Shown: positions 21,046 to 31,672, numbered from the stretch's first letter. The stretch: DNA of 64,000 bases from Phormidium sp. (GCA_051013385.1 CP143273.1:768001-832000); one strand, 5' to 3'. The notes: generated from the letters alone by a model not told the origin. Numbers and translations are program-made.

Positions 21046-21093
21046 TACGGTAATTTGTAAACATAAACAAAAGAAATAAACCCAACTGAAACA

Positions 21094-21342
21094 ATGACTT
21101 TATCAGAATTAAAGCCTGGTAGTTTGGCGATCGTAGAAAGTGTACAACTTAGCCGTCACGGTCAAGGATTGGCTAAACGCTTAGAAGCAATGGGAATTGT
21201 TCCTAACAGACCAATTCGAGTTTTACGGCAAGCTTGGTTTGGTGGCCCGTTGCATATCCGAGTTGGTTCAACTACTGAAATAGCCATTAGAAGAACCGAA
21301 GCCAAAATGGTATTAATTCAGACAATGGAAGCAACAAATTAA
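21094..21342 (+). CDS. feoA: Ferrous iron transport protein A
   Basis: TLSELKPG, RLEAMGIVP, APFGGP-like AWFGGP, IAIRRTEA. Confidence 0.9.
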   Translation: MTLSELKPGSLAIVESVQLSRHGQGLAKRLEAMGIVPNRPIRVLRQAWFGGPLHIRVGSTTEIAIRRTEAKMVLIQTMEATN

Positions 21343-21364
21343 GCTGACAATTATTAAGTTCAGC

Positions 21365-21452
21365 TATAGCAATCCTTAATGATTTTTTTGAACCACTCCA
21401 GACGCAGAGGACGCAGAGAGAAGAAGGAGTTCATAACTTAAATAGGATTGCT
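21365..21452. mobile_element. MITE-like element (TATAGCAATCC...GGATTGCT) between feoA and feoB
   Basis: Terminal inverted repeats; internal GACGCAGAG repeats. Confidence 0.6.
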
Positions 21453-21488
21453 CAATCATTAAGTTACTAAGTTCTTGCAGGTGAAATT

Positions 21489-23324
21489 ATGAACTGTCAT
21501 TCAGGTGCTACTGCTGTAAAAACCGCTAAAGCAGTAAAAAGAGTTGCGCTGATTGGAATGCCTAACACTGGAAAATCAACTTTGTTTAATCGGTTGACAG
21601 GTGCAACGGCTTTTGTGGGAAATTGGCCTGGAGTGACGGTAGATTTATTACAAGCTCATATCAATATTAATAATGAAACTGTAGAGTTTGTTGATTTACC
21701 AGGAATTTACGACCTTAACGGTTTTTCTGAGGATGAAAAAGTAGTTCAGCACTTTTTAGAGAAGTTTGGCGTTAACTTAATTGTGGTAGTTTTAAATGCT
21801 GCCCAAATTGACAGACAAATTCGCTTAGCTTTGCAAGTTAAAGCTTTAGGTTTGCCAGCAATTATCATCCTCAATATGGCAGATGAAGCTAAACATTACG
21901 GAGTAGAAATCCAAGTTGATGAATTATCGAAACGCTTAGAATTACCCATATTTCTGATGACTGCTAAATATGGCAGAGGATACGAAAGAGCGTATCGAGG
22001 AATTTGCCAACAATTAGCAGAAAGCGTTACTACTAATAAAATCAATAATCTGAATAAGTCCTTAGCGGAACAGATGGATATTTCGGTTGCAGAAATCGAA
22101 AATATTCTCACAGGTGCGGTACAAATGCCTTCGCAGATGGCAGTTAATATTACTCACCAAATCGATCGCTTTTTACTCCACCCAATCTTAGGTTTACCTT
22201 TGTTCTTTGCGGGAATGTTCGCGGTGTTTTGGGTAGTCTGGAATGTGGGATTACCTTCCCAAGACATCATGGATCAATTAACAACTTGGTTACAAAGTAA
22301 TCTGATTGAACCATTAGTTAGTCCCTTACCTAAATTAGCCCAAGACTTTCTGGTTAATGGACTTTGGGGCGGGTTAGCAACTGTGGCTTCTTTTGTGCCA
22401 TTAATTGTCTTGTTTTTCATGATTATGGCAGTTTTAGAAGATAGCGGTTATTTATCTCGTTCTGCCTATTTAATGGATGCTTTCATGGCAAAATTAGGGC
22501 TGGATGGTCGTAGTTTTGTCATGCAAATGATGGGATTTGGCTGCAATGTTCCGGCTTTAATGGGAACAAGAGTCATGCGTTCTAAATCGCTGCGACTATT
22601 AACAATGTTAGTCATTCCCTTTTCGTTATGTGCTGCAAGATTGCAAGTTTTTGTATTTATTATTGCGGCGGTTATTCCTAATGGTAACGGTGCTTTAGTC
22701 TTATTTTCTTTGTATCTCCTCAGTTTTGTAGCTGCCATAGTTACCGCTGCACTTTTCCAAGGCTTATTTAAAAATGAAGAACCTTTTGTATTAGAATTAC
22801 CTCCTTATCGAGTCCCAACTTTAAAGCACGTCTTCTTCAGAGGTTGGGGAGAAGTAAAAGAGTTTTTGACTAGGGCTTCTGGTTTCATTACTTTAGGTTG
22901 TGTCGCCGTTTGGGTAGTAACTAATTTGCCTCCAGGTGCAACAGGATTAAACACAATTGGTGGACAAATTGGGCAATTTTTAAGTCCAATTATGGAACCA
23001 ATTGGCATTAATCCCTATTTAACTTTAGCTTTGTTATTTGGCGTAATTGCTAAAGAAGTTGTGGTAGGTTCTTTGGCGGTAATTTACGCTTTGGGTGAAG
23101 ATGCAGTGACTAGCCAAATTGCCGGATCAGTTACCTTTATTCAAGCCTATAGCTTCTGTATTTTCTGTTTACTTTACACTCCCTGCTTAGTGACAACAGC
23201 GACATTATTTAATGAAGCTAAAACTTGGAAATTCACTGTATTTGCTTTAGCTTATTCCTTGGGTTTCGCTTGGCTTGCTAGCTTCATTTTCTACCAAAGT
23301 GCCTTAGCTTTAGGCTGGAAATAG
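21489..23324 (+). CDS. feoB: Ferrous iron transport protein B
   Basis: G1 GMPNTGKST, VGNWPGVTV, DLPG, LEDSGYL, GFGCNVPA, ELPPYR. Confidence 0.95.
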   Translation: MNCHSGATAVKTAKAVKRVALIGMPNTGKSTLFNRLTGATAFVGNWPGVTVDLLQAHININNETVEFVDLPGIYDLNGFSEDEKVVQHFLEKFGVNLIVVVLNAAQIDRQIRLALQVKALGLPAIIILNMADEAKHYGVEIQVDELSKRLELPIFLMTAKYGRGYERAYRGICQQLAESVTTNKINNLNKSLAEQMDISVAEIENILTGAVQMPSQMAVNITHQIDRFLLHPILGLPLFFAGMFAVFWVVWNVGLPSQDIMDQLTTWLQSNLIEPLVSPLPKLAQDFLVNGLWGGLATVASFVPLIVLFFMIMAVLEDSGYLSRSAYLMDAFMAKLGLDGRSFVMQMMGFGCNVPALMGTRVMRSKSLRLLTMLVIPFSLCAARLQVFVFIIAAVIPNGNGALVLFSLYLLSFVAAIVTAALFQGLFKNEEPFVLELPPYRVPTLKHVFFRGWGEVKEFLTRASGFITLGCVAVWVVTNLPPGATGLNTIGGQIGQFLSPIMEPIGINPYLTLALLFGVIAKEVVVGSLAVIYALGEDAVTSQIAGSVTFIQAYSFCIFCLLYTPCLVTTATLFNEAKTWKFTVFALAYSLGFAWLASFIFYQSALALGWK

Positions 23325-23361
23325 TCCAATTTTAGATTTTGGATTTTCGATTTTGGATTTT

Positions 23362-23465
23362 ATACCAAATCCGGGTTACTTACTATATATCTTCTCTCTC
23401 TTCTCTCTGCGCCCTCTGCGCCTCTGCGGTTCATTATAAAAGTATAGTTAACCCGGATTTAGTAT
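23362..23465. mobile_element. MITE with 17 bp TIRs (ATACCAAATCCGGGTTA / TAACCCGGATTTAGTAT), embedded in TTTT(A/G/C)GA heptamer repeats
   Basis: TIRs with one mismatch; related TIRs at 60881-60999. Confidence 0.7.
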
Positions 23466-23558
23466 TAGATTTTAGATTTTCGATTTTAGAGAGTTGCAAT
23501 TTTAGAATCGAAAATCTAAAATGTTTTGCTGTGAATTTACAGGAAATTTTTAACAGAA

Positions 23559-24524
23559 ATGGCTAAGAAAGAAACAAGTCAAACAAGTAGTATTGAATTA
23601 GTACAAGCGATCGCAGGTTGCATCCAACTAAAAGCCAATGATGCTGCTAGTAACTTATGGTTAAATATGTTAGGACAACAGTTACAACAGCAAAAAGGTG
23701 TTTGTGCTGTACAAACTGACGAAGCAACTGGCAATTTAATTATTATCTTCGATCCGCGAGTTCTCACTTTACCTTCAATGTTGGATATCCTGCAAAAATG
23801 GGGTGTAAGTGGGATAACTCCGCCGCAAATGTCGCCGGAAAAACAAATGGGTAATTTTTTGTATCAACATCCCAATGTAGATGCTTTATTACCAATGATT
23901 GCTGGCATGATTGTAACAGAAGCATTGCGCGTCAACGGTGGTTGGGGAATGTTGGTAAATTTGATGACAGCGAGTTTAACTCGACAAATATTAAATCAAA
24001 TCGAAGCAGCTTCTATCTCTGTATCGCCAATAGAAAATAGTAGTTCAGAAACTATATTAATTCAGTCAGAAACGATCGCAATTCCCCCCCAAGCAACAAC
24101 TTCCGAAAATGACTCAATTGAAATAGTTCATGCAATTCCCGGTAGAATTCGTTTGCGCGTACCAAAGTTAGTCAAAAATGCTGAATATGCGAAACAATTG
24201 CAAGAAGTTCTCAGCACAGATTCGTCTGTAACTAATCTTCGCATTAGCGATCGCGTTGGTTCAGTCGCAATCAGTTATTATACAAATGGGATGCCGGATG
24301 CAGCTGTGCGCGATCGTTTAATCGCTTTAGTAAAATCGACAGATTCCCCCGCAGAAGAACCCGAAAATTCTCCTGCAATATCCGTTCCCAATGTAGAGAG
24401 TAATAACAATTCAACTTCTGCAATTACAGTAACTCAACCATCGCAATTTAATAGTAATTGGCAAGATTTAAAACCAGGAATAGCGTTAGAGTTGCTGAAT
24501 TCATTTTTAACAAAATTTACATAA
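23559..24524 (+). CDS. HMA2-domain protein (two HMA-like domains, one degenerate)
   Basis: IVHAIPGRIRLRVPKL motif plus a degenerate N-terminal copy LVQAIAGCIQLK. Confidence 0.75.
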   Translation: MAKKETSQTSSIELVQAIAGCIQLKANDAASNLWLNMLGQQLQQQKGVCAVQTDEATGNLIIIFDPRVLTLPSMLDILQKWGVSGITPPQMSPEKQMGNFLYQHPNVDALLPMIAGMIVTEALRVNGGWGMLVNLMTASLTRQILNQIEAASISVSPIENSSSETILIQSETIAIPPQATTSENDSIEIVHAIPGRIRLRVPKLVKNAEYAKQLQEVLSTDSSVTNLRISDRVGSVAISYYTNGMPDAAVRDRLIALVKSTDSPAEEPENSPAISVPNVESNNNSTSAITVTQPSQFNSNWQDLKPGIALELLNSFLTKFT

Positions 24525-24553
24525 ACGACGTAAGTCATAAAGGAAATGTAGAG

Positions 24554-26839
24554 ATGCCAAATTCAGTAATTTTAGACAGGGTGAATTTTAAAATTAACGA
24601 ACTAGAAACTAGCACCATAATTCAGCCTTCTACATCTGTTTGTAGTTTAGTTCATGCAGTTCCAGGTAGAGTCAGGTTTCGCGTACCTAGACTTAGTTGG
24701 GATGCTCAATATGCTAAACGTTTGCAAAAATCAATGGAGTCATTAAAGGGTATAACTCAAGTGCGAGTTAACCCCAATGCGGGTTCAATTGCGATTAATT
24801 ATACAACTAAACAACACTCCGAAATTGAAATGCGATCGCTCTTAGCGAGTCACATTCAAGACATGGATTTACGGGTAACAAACACAGAATTACCCAAACC
24901 CATTAAACCAGAAATTGAGAAATCAGAAACAGAAGAATCCTTTGATTGGTCTGATTTAACTTTACCAGCATTAGCGACTATTTTAGCATTATTAAGAACT
25001 ACTTTTCGCGTTCCGATTCCCCAAATTGTAGTAGCGAGTTCCGTAATAGCCGCAGGATTACCTGTAGCAAAAAGAGCCGGAGAAAGCTTAGTTAAAGAAA
25101 AGAAATTAAACATAGATTGTTTAGATGTAATGGCGTTAGGCGCTTCCTCTTTACAGGGAGATTGGTTAACCCCAGCCTTATTATTATTGTTACATGAAAC
25201 TGGGGATGCAATACGCGATCGCACCGCCCGTTCTTCTGCTTGTGAAACCGCCGATCTTTTGGATAGTTTAAGTCACTTTGCTTGGGTAGAAGAGAATGGC
25301 GAAATTCGCCAAGTCGCCGCCACAGAAGTCAAAGTTGGTGATACCGTCGTCGTTTATCCAGGGGAACAAATTCCGGTTGATGGGAAAGTAATTAAAGGGG
25401 AAGCTGCGATCGATCAACAAAGATTAACTGGCGAATCAATGCCAGTGGTGAGAAGATTAGGAGAAAGCGTTTTTGCTTCTACTTTAGTGCGATCGGGTAA
25501 AATTTATATTGAAACCCAACGAGTCGGAAATCAAACTCGCGCAGGCGCAAGTATCGAATTAGTAAAACAAGCGCCAGTTCACGATACTCGAATGGAAAAT
25601 TATGCCTCAAATGTAGCCGATAAAGCAATTTTACCAGCCTTAGCTTTAGCAGGTGCAACTTGGGCAATTACTCGCGATTCTACTAGAGTTGCTTCCATTT
25701 TAAGCTTAGATTTCGTAACAGGAATTCGCCTCGCAATTCCTACTACATTTTTAGCTGCAATCAACCATGCAGCGAAACACGGAATTTTAATTCGTAGCGG
25801 CAGAACTTTAGAACAATTAGCAAAAGTCGATACAATTGTTTTTGATAAAACAGGAACTTTAACACAAGGAGACTTGCAAATTGTTGAAGTTGATACTGTT
25901 AGCGATCGCGCCACTCCCCAACGACTTTTACAATTAGCAGCATCCGCCGAACAACGCTTAACTCACCCCTTAGCAGAAGCAGTTGTTCACTATGCAGAAT
26001 CGCAAAACGTAGAGATTTTACCAAGGGAAGAATTGCAATTTGATGTAGGTTTAGGAGTCAGTGCAGAAATTGACGGCGAGAAAGTTTTAGTCGGAAGCGA
26101 TCGCTTTTTACGCAAACAAGGAATCAGCATTGATTGTTTCTATGAAAAACATCCTTGTATTTTAGGAAAATGTAACTCTCGCCATGAAGATTGTCCAATT
26201 TCCGCCGATTCTTCCGTAATGTACATCGCCAGCAACGGAGAATTTCAAGGAGTATTAAAATATGCTGATCCTTTGCGAATTGAAACCAAAACCGTGTTAG
26301 AAAAATTACGATCGCGCTATGGTTTAGAAATTCATCTCTTAACAGGTGATAATCAAGCCAGAGCAAATGCAGTAGGGCGAGAATTAGCCATGACAAACGA
26401 ACAAATTCACGCCGAAGCTTTCCCCGAAGTTAAAGCAGAAATTGTTCGTCAATTGCACGAATCAGGTAAAACAGTCGCCTTCGTGGGAGATGGTTTAAAT
26501 GATTCAGTGGCGCTTGCTTATGCAGATGTTTCAATTTCCTTTGCAGGAGGTTCCGAAGTCGCCAGAGAAACCGCCGATGTAGTATTAATGAATAACGAAT
26601 TGTGGAGTTTGCTAGATGCGATCGCGATCGCCAAAGAAACCATGCAAATCACCCACCAAAATATCGGTCTTTCAGTAGTACCAAATCTCGCCGCGATCGG
26701 GATAGCATCAACAATTGGATTAAACCCATTATTAGCCGCAGTCGTGCATAATGGTTCTGCGATCGCCGCCGGAGTCAACGGTTTAAGACCTTTATTAGTT
26801 CACCGTTACACTTCCACTATTAATAATAGCGAACAGTGA
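24554..26839 (+). CDS. Heavy-metal translocating P1B-type ATPase with N-terminal HMA2 domain
   Basis: VHAVPGRVRFR, LTGES, DKTGT, THP, VGDGLND. Confidence 0.93.
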   Translation: MPNSVILDRVNFKINELETSTIIQPSTSVCSLVHAVPGRVRFRVPRLSWDAQYAKRLQKSMESLKGITQVRVNPNAGSIAINYTTKQHSEIEMRSLLASHIQDMDLRVTNTELPKPIKPEIEKSETEESFDWSDLTLPALATILALLRTTFRVPIPQIVVASSVIAAGLPVAKRAGESLVKEKKLNIDCLDVMALGASSLQGDWLTPALLLLLHETGDAIRDRTARSSACETADLLDSLSHFAWVEENGEIRQVAATEVKVGDTVVVYPGEQIPVDGKVIKGEAAIDQQRLTGESMPVVRRLGESVFASTLVRSGKIYIETQRVGNQTRAGASIELVKQAPVHDTRMENYASNVADKAILPALALAGATWAITRDSTRVASILSLDFVTGIRLAIPTTFLAAINHAAKHGILIRSGRTLEQLAKVDTIVFDKTGTLTQGDLQIVEVDTVSDRATPQRLLQLAASAEQRLTHPLAEAVVHYAESQNVEILPREELQFDVGLGVSAEIDGEKVLVGSDRFLRKQGISIDCFYEKHPCILGKCNSRHEDCPISADSSVMYIASNGEFQGVLKYADPLRIETKTVLEKLRSRYGLEIHLLTGDNQARANAVGRELAMTNEQIHAEAFPEVKAEIVRQLHESGKTVAFVGDGLNDSVALAYADVSISFAGGSEVARETADVVLMNNELWSLLDAIAIAKETMQITHQNIGLSVVPNLAAIGIASTIGLNPLLAAVVHNGSAIAAGVNGLRPLLVHRYTSTINNSEQ

Positions 26840-26893
26840 GAAATAAAATAGTTTTTAAACCACAGATGAACACAGATGAAAAAGGGGGAAATT

Positions 26894-27175
26894 ATGCCTT
26901 TTGATTGGAGACAATTACAAATTAAAAATCGGGGACAAGCGATCGCGATCGGAATTGGCGTAGTAGCATTAGCACCAATAGTACTTCCCGTAGTTGCTAA
27001 AGCGGGGAAAGCGATCGCCAAAACCACAATTAAAACCAGTTTTGAACTTTACGAAAAAAGCAAAGATACAGCAGCAGAAGCCGTCGAAGTTTGGCAAGAT
27101 TTAGTAGCAGAAGTACAAGCTGAATTAGCCACTGAAAAACAGGTGGATTCTAGCGATCGGACCAACAATTCTTGA
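26894..27175 (+). CDS. Small DUF5132-like protein
   Basis: AIGIGVVALAPIVLP...AKTTIK...E...DLVAEVQAEL pattern; typical position after P1B ATPases. Confidence 0.65.
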   Translation: MPFDWRQLQIKNRGQAIAIGIGVVALAPIVLPVVAKAGKAIAKTTIKTSFELYEKSKDTAAEAVEVWQDLVAEVQAELATEKQVDSSDRTNNS

Positions 27176-27199
27176 ACTATAGATTGAAAGTTAGTTAAC

Positions 27200-27292
27200 T
27201 CAACTATCGCTATTCCTCACTTCTTCTGTTGATATCCAACTTTCCAAAGAGAACTCCCGCACTTGGAGCATTCTTTGAAAATCACTATCAGC
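27200..27292 (-). pseudogene. C-terminal remnant of a PIN/VapC toxin
   Basis: Reads ADSDFQRMLQVREFSLESWISTEEVRNSDS*, like the D..F...ESW end of PIN toxins; no N-terminal part. Confidence 0.45.
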
Positions 27293-27376
27293 TTTGTTAT
27301 TAGGCGAAAAGAAGTAGTTAAATTAGATTTGGTATAAACTATAGCTAGGGCTTGCTGAATAAGTCTGTTGGTGAGG

Positions 27377-27441
27377 GTAGGGACACGGCATAATTAACAT
27401 TTGCAACTTCTACCTTATCTATGGAATGCCGTGTCCCTACA
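27377..27441. repeat. REP element GTAGGGACACGGCAT...ATGCCGTGTCCCTAC
   Basis: Perfect inverted arms. Confidence 0.85.
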
Positions 27442-27518
27442 ATTTCCCATAGATATTTTGAAGCAATGGCAAGAAAAATATAATATATCTTAGAAAAGCT
27501 ACTCTTCAAGAAATTAAC

Positions 27519-27725
27519 ATGAATAACAAGCAGCCAGATCCAGAAATGATCAAACGCCATGTCGCTAAACTGCGAGAAGTAGTTCGACAGTATGATGCTT
27601 TGAATATATTGCTGGATAAAGCGATCGCACAAGCAGAAGAAGATATTCGTAACAGTCCGCTGACAGCTTATCGCTTAGGAAACGCTAAATCTGTAACAAC
27701 AAAAGAAAATATTTCCGACTCATAG
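27519..27725 (+). CDS. Small hypothetical helical protein
   Basis: 68 aa ATG ORF containing a HIP1 site, plausible composition. Confidence 0.55.
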   Translation: MNNKQPDPEMIKRHVAKLREVVRQYDALNILLDKAIAQAEEDIRNSPLTAYRLGNAKSVTTKENISDS

Positions 27726-27824
27726 TTTACAAGTGCGATCGCTATCAATTTATATCGGCTTTTTACCCTAAAATAAAGTAAAAACATATAGCATAATAGC
27801 TATTGTTCCTTAAGGAATACTGAA

Positions 27825-29054
27825 TTGGTGGTAAAAAAACAGACAAAAAATATATTCTCTGCTGTATCTCTTTTTTCAGGTGCAGGAGGTATGGATATAG
27901 GAGTAATCCAAGCCGGATTTAATATTCTAGCTTCCATAGAAATAGACCCTTATTGTTGTGAAACTTTGCGTGCATCTATCAGTCGAGAACAACGCCAAAC
28001 TCGGATTATTGAAAATGATATTCGCCACATCGATCCGGCAAAATTAATGAGAGATTTAGACATAAAAACGGGTGAACTTGATTTACTTTTTGGTGGGCCA
28101 CCCTGTCAGTCATTTTCTCAAATTGGCAAGCGAAAATGTTTAGAAGACGATCGGGGAATGTTGCTTTTTGAAATCACGCGATTTGCCGATGTATTCCGCC
28201 CGAAAGTAATTTTAATTGAGCAAGTTAAAGGATTGCTAAATGCACCCGATCGCAGTGGCAAAATCGGAGGAGTTTTTGAACTACTATTACAACAGTTGCA
28301 AAATCTTAATTACCTTACTAATTGGAAAATTATTATTGCTGCCGATTATGGCGTACCCCAAATCCGGGAAAGAGTGTTTATTGTTAGCACCTTAAAACCC
28401 AATCAATTTGACTTTCCTCCCCCCACACATTGTCCGGCAACACAATCGCTTCCCCTGTTTCCATTGCCCCCTTACCTAACAGTTGGCGAAGCTATTGAAG
28501 GACTAGGAAAACCAAAATCTAAAACCGCAATTATTTCAGAAAATAGCCATGTAGATGTAACTCCTGATGGAGATAGAAGGCGTATAAATGGCGTACCAGA
28601 AGGCTCTTATTTAGCAAAAGAATTGCATCTTCCCCAGAGTCAGCGCGGCAATCTTGCTAAAAAAGATACCACTAAGTTTCGTCGTTTGTCGCGTGCCGAA
28701 CCTGCCTTAACATTGCGCTGCGGAGAGATATTTTTTCACCCAATAGAAGACCGCTATTTAACACCCCGCGAGTATATGCGACTTCACGGCTACCCCGATG
28801 AATATTTACTTTCAGGGCCAATCAAAAGTCGTTCCGGTAGGGCGAAATATCTCGATCAACACAGACAAATTGCTAACTCTGTACCGCCGCCAGTTGCTCG
28901 TATACTTGCAGAAGCAATTAAGAGGAATTTAGAGTGCCGACAATTCGGCAAATACTTCTCTCAGAATACCAAGTTTTCAGGACATAATTCGTGCGCCTAT
29001 TTGTCCTCCGCTCGATCGCCTTTTGGCAGCACTAGCACGACGCAAACCAACTAA
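27825..29054 (+). CDS. DNA (cytosine-5) methyltransferase
   Basis: Motif I FSGAGG, IV GGPPCQ, VI variant EQV, VIII QIRER, IX-X R.LTPRE...QIANSV. Confidence 0.92.
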   Translation: MVVKKQTKNIFSAVSLFSGAGGMDIGVIQAGFNILASIEIDPYCCETLRASISREQRQTRIIENDIRHIDPAKLMRDLDIKTGELDLLFGGPPCQSFSQIGKRKCLEDDRGMLLFEITRFADVFRPKVILIEQVKGLLNAPDRSGKIGGVFELLLQQLQNLNYLTNWKIIIAADYGVPQIRERVFIVSTLKPNQFDFPPPTHCPATQSLPLFPLPPYLTVGEAIEGLGKPKSKTAIISENSHVDVTPDGDRRRINGVPEGSYLAKELHLPQSQRGNLAKKDTTKFRRLSRAEPALTLRCGEIFFHPIEDRYLTPREYMRLHGYPDEYLLSGPIKSRSGRAKYLDQHRQIANSVPPPVARILAEAIKRNLECRQFGKYFSQNTKFSGHNSCAYLSSARSPFGSTSTTQTN

Positions 29055-29087
29055 TCAAGTGATTGCACCATAAAACCCTCAAAAACC

Positions 29088-29133
29088 AAAAAGGTTGATA
29101 ACGAGCATTTCAGCTACCATTATCAACCTTTTT
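29088..29133. terminator. Bidirectional terminator between convergent MTase and dnaK
   Basis: aaaaaggttgataa...ttatcaaccttttt inverted repeat. Confidence 0.65.
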
Positions 29134-29198
29134 GTTATTAGTTAAGTAATAGATAGTGGTAATTTCCCATTACCAACTACCTACTACCCACTACCACC

Positions 29199-31133
29199 TT
29201 ACTTAGTTTCCGTTTCCGAAAATTCAGCGTCGATTACATCATCGCCACCGCCGGAAGTTCCGGTAGCACCGTCGCCACCAGGCGCAGCACCAGTACCGTC
29301 GCCACCAGGCGCAGCACCACCACCAGCTTGCTGATAGATATTGCTACCGATGCTGTACAGAGTTTGTTGGACTTCTGGCATCAATTTCTTGATTTGTTCG
29401 TCGTCTTCTTTAGCAACTGCATCCTTCAAGTCTTTAATTAAACCTTCCAGTTTAGACTTGTCAGCAGCGGGTACTTTATCGCCCAATTCTGCAAGTTGTT
29501 TTTCGGCTTGGTATGCTAAAGAATCGGCTTGGTTTTTGCGATCGATCTTTTCCCGACGTTCCTTATCAGCAGAAGCATTTTGTTCCGCTTGTTTCACCAT
29601 CTTTTCTACTTCATCTTTCGGCAAAGTAGAAGCGCCAGTGATGCTGATAGATTGAGCTTTACCAGTACCTTTGTCCTTCGCAGTTACGTTCAGGATACCG
29701 TTAGCATCAATGTCGAAAATTACTTCAATTTGAGGAACGCCACGAGGCGCGGGGGGAATACCATCTAAGCGGAAAGTACCCAAACTCTTGTTGTCGTTGG
29801 ACATTTCCCGTTCCCCTTGGAGAACGTGAATTTCTACGTTAGTTTGTCCATCAACCGCAGTCGAGAACACTTCCGATTTCTTGGTCGGAATGGTAGTGTT
29901 GCGAGTGATAATCTTGGTCATTACACCACCAAGAGTTTCCACACCCAGAGACAGCGGAGTTACGTCCAGCAACAAGATACCGGAAGCACCCGCATCGCCA
30001 GTAAGTACACCAGCTTGAATCGCAGCGCCAACTGCTACTACTTCATCCGGGTTAACGCTTTGGTTAGGTTCTTTACCCAACAACCGTCTCACCACTTCTT
30101 GCACAGCGGGGATACGACTAGAACCACCAACTAGCACTACTTCATCGATCGCAGATTTGTCAATTTTAGCGTCGCGGATTGCATTTTCTACTGGAATGCG
30201 GCAGCGATCGATCAAATCAGAGCAAAGTTCCTCAAATTTCGCCCGTGTCAACGTCATTTCTAAGTGTTTCGGGCCATCTTGAGTCGCAGTGATGAAAGGC
30301 AAGTTGATTTCCGCTTGAGTCACGCTGGACAATTCAATTTTCGCCTTTTCTGCTGCTTCGGTTAGACGTTGCAAAGCTTGTTTGTCTTTGCGAAGGTCGA
30401 TACCTTCATCTTTGCGGAAGCTTTCCGCCAAGTAATCAACGATTTTCTTGTCGAAGTCGTCACCACCCAGGTGAGTATCACCAGAAGTCGCCAACACTTC
30501 AAACACACCATCGCCAATTTCGAGGATGGAAACGTCGAAAGTACCACCACCTAAGTCAAATACCAGAATGGTTTCGTTAGCTTTCTTATCCAAACCGTAA
30601 GCCAAAGATGCAGCTGTAGGTTCGTTGATGATCCGCAGAACTTCAATCCCTGCAATCTTACCAGCGTCTTTAGTCGCTTGACGTTGGGAGTCGTTAAAGT
30701 AAGCAGGTACGGTAATTACTGCTTGCGTAACTGTTTCACCCAGGTATTTACTAGCGTCATCTACCAGCTTGCGAAGAACTTGTGCGGAGATTTCTTCGGG
30801 TGCAAATTGTTTGCCTTGTGCCGGACTATCTAATTTAACGTTTGCGTTGCCATCGCGCAGGACTTTATAGGAAACTTCTGTAGCTTCGTGAGTAATTTCT
30901 TCAAATTTACGTCCAATAAAACGCTTCACGGAATAGAACGTATTTTCTGGGTTCATTACCGCTTGGCGCTTGGCGATTTGTCCGACTAAGCGATCGCCAT
31001 TTTTAGCATAAGCTACTACCGAAGGAGTAGTCCGAAAACCCTCTGCGTTGGCAATGACTGTGGGTTTACCACCTTCCATTACAGCCACACAGGAGTTAGT
31101 CGTACCTAAGTCAATTCCAACAACTTTTGCCAT
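29199..31133 (-). CDS. dnaK: Chaperone DnaK (DnaK2 type)
   Basis: [18 protein letters not shown]-terminal DDVIDAEF. Confidence 0.98.
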   Translation of the reverse strand: MAKVVGIDLGTTNSCVAVMEGGKPTVIANAEGFRTTPSVVAYAKNGDRLVGQIAKRQAVMNPENTFYSVKRFIGRKFEEITHEATEVSYKVLRDGNANVKLDSPAQGKQFAPEEISAQVLRKLVDDASKYLGETVTQAVITVPAYFNDSQRQATKDAGKIAGIEVLRIINEPTAASLAYGLDKKANETILVFDLGGGTFDVSILEIGDGVFEVLATSGDTHLGGDDFDKKIVDYLAESFRKDEGIDLRKDKQALQRLTEAAEKAKIELSSVTQAEINLPFITATQDGPKHLEMTLTRAKFEELCSDLIDRCRIPVENAIRDAKIDKSAIDEVVLVGGSSRIPAVQEVVRRLLGKEPNQSVNPDEVVAVGAAIQAGVLTGDAGASGILLLDVTPLSLGVETLGGVMTKIITRNTTIPTKKSEVFSTAVDGQTNVEIHVLQGEREMSNDNKSLGTFRLDGIPPAPRGVPQIEVIFDIDANGILNVTAKDKGTGKAQSISITGASTLPKDEVEKMVKQAEQNASADKERREKIDRKNQADSLAYQAEKQLAELGDKVPAADKSKLEGLIKDLKDAVAKEDDEQIKKLMPEVQQTLYSIGSNIYQQAGGGAAPGGDGTGAAPGGDGATGTSGGGDDVIDAEFSETETK

Positions 31134-31320
31134 AAGAGTGTTCGGTTTCCCATCTAACTACAAAATTTACAGGCTCGATTGATCTAGTTAAATCGAGAGC
31201 AAGACAGCACTGCTAACTGCACCAACCGAGCCCTTTCACCAACTTTGTTCAACTTGTATATTGTTCTGCACAATACAGAACTCTTATCTATACTCAGCGG
31301 CGATCGGGGTGATCATGAAG

Positions 31321-31337
31321 GCGAGGTTTCCGAACCT
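31321..31337 (-). promoter_or_regulatory. Putative K-box upstream of dnaK
   Basis: Minus strand GGTTCGGAAACC resembles the GTTCGG..A.CC K-box of cyanobacterial dnaK2/groESL promoters. Confidence 0.45.
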
Positions 31338-31543
31338 TAGAAGGACGGTTGTCTTTCGGGAGGTTCTTTCGTAGCTGCTTGGTGCTGCCACTAATCAATA
31401 CTTTAAGCAATTCCACCCATTTCGGGATGGGTGTGAACCGTAATTAAATAGTTGTATTTGCCGTCTTTTTGCAGAAAGGCTCCAAGGCAGAGGGCAGAAG
31501 GCAGAAGGTTTTTTGAAGGTTGAAGGAAAGGAAGGTAGAAGTT

Positions 31544-31672
31544 TCATTTTAATTTTTCATCAAGGTTAGTTCTATGTTTTACCCAGTCTGTCATATCAAC
31601 TAATTCCTCATCTTCATAGTCTGATAGTGAACCAAAAATTTCATTCAGTTCTTCTTGTTCTGCATCGACAAA
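31544..31672 (-). pseudogene. 3' fragment of a paralog of the 31965-32168 putative antitoxin
   Basis: DAEQEELNEIFGSLSDYEDEELVDMTDWVKH aligns with DEEQEELKEMFGSLADYEDEELIDMTEWVKH; truncated at a REP. Confidence 0.8.

Noticed and set aside
23339..23566. 75 aa ORF between feoB and the HMA2 gene (FeoC candidate)
   Set aside because: Made of heptamer repeats and a MITE
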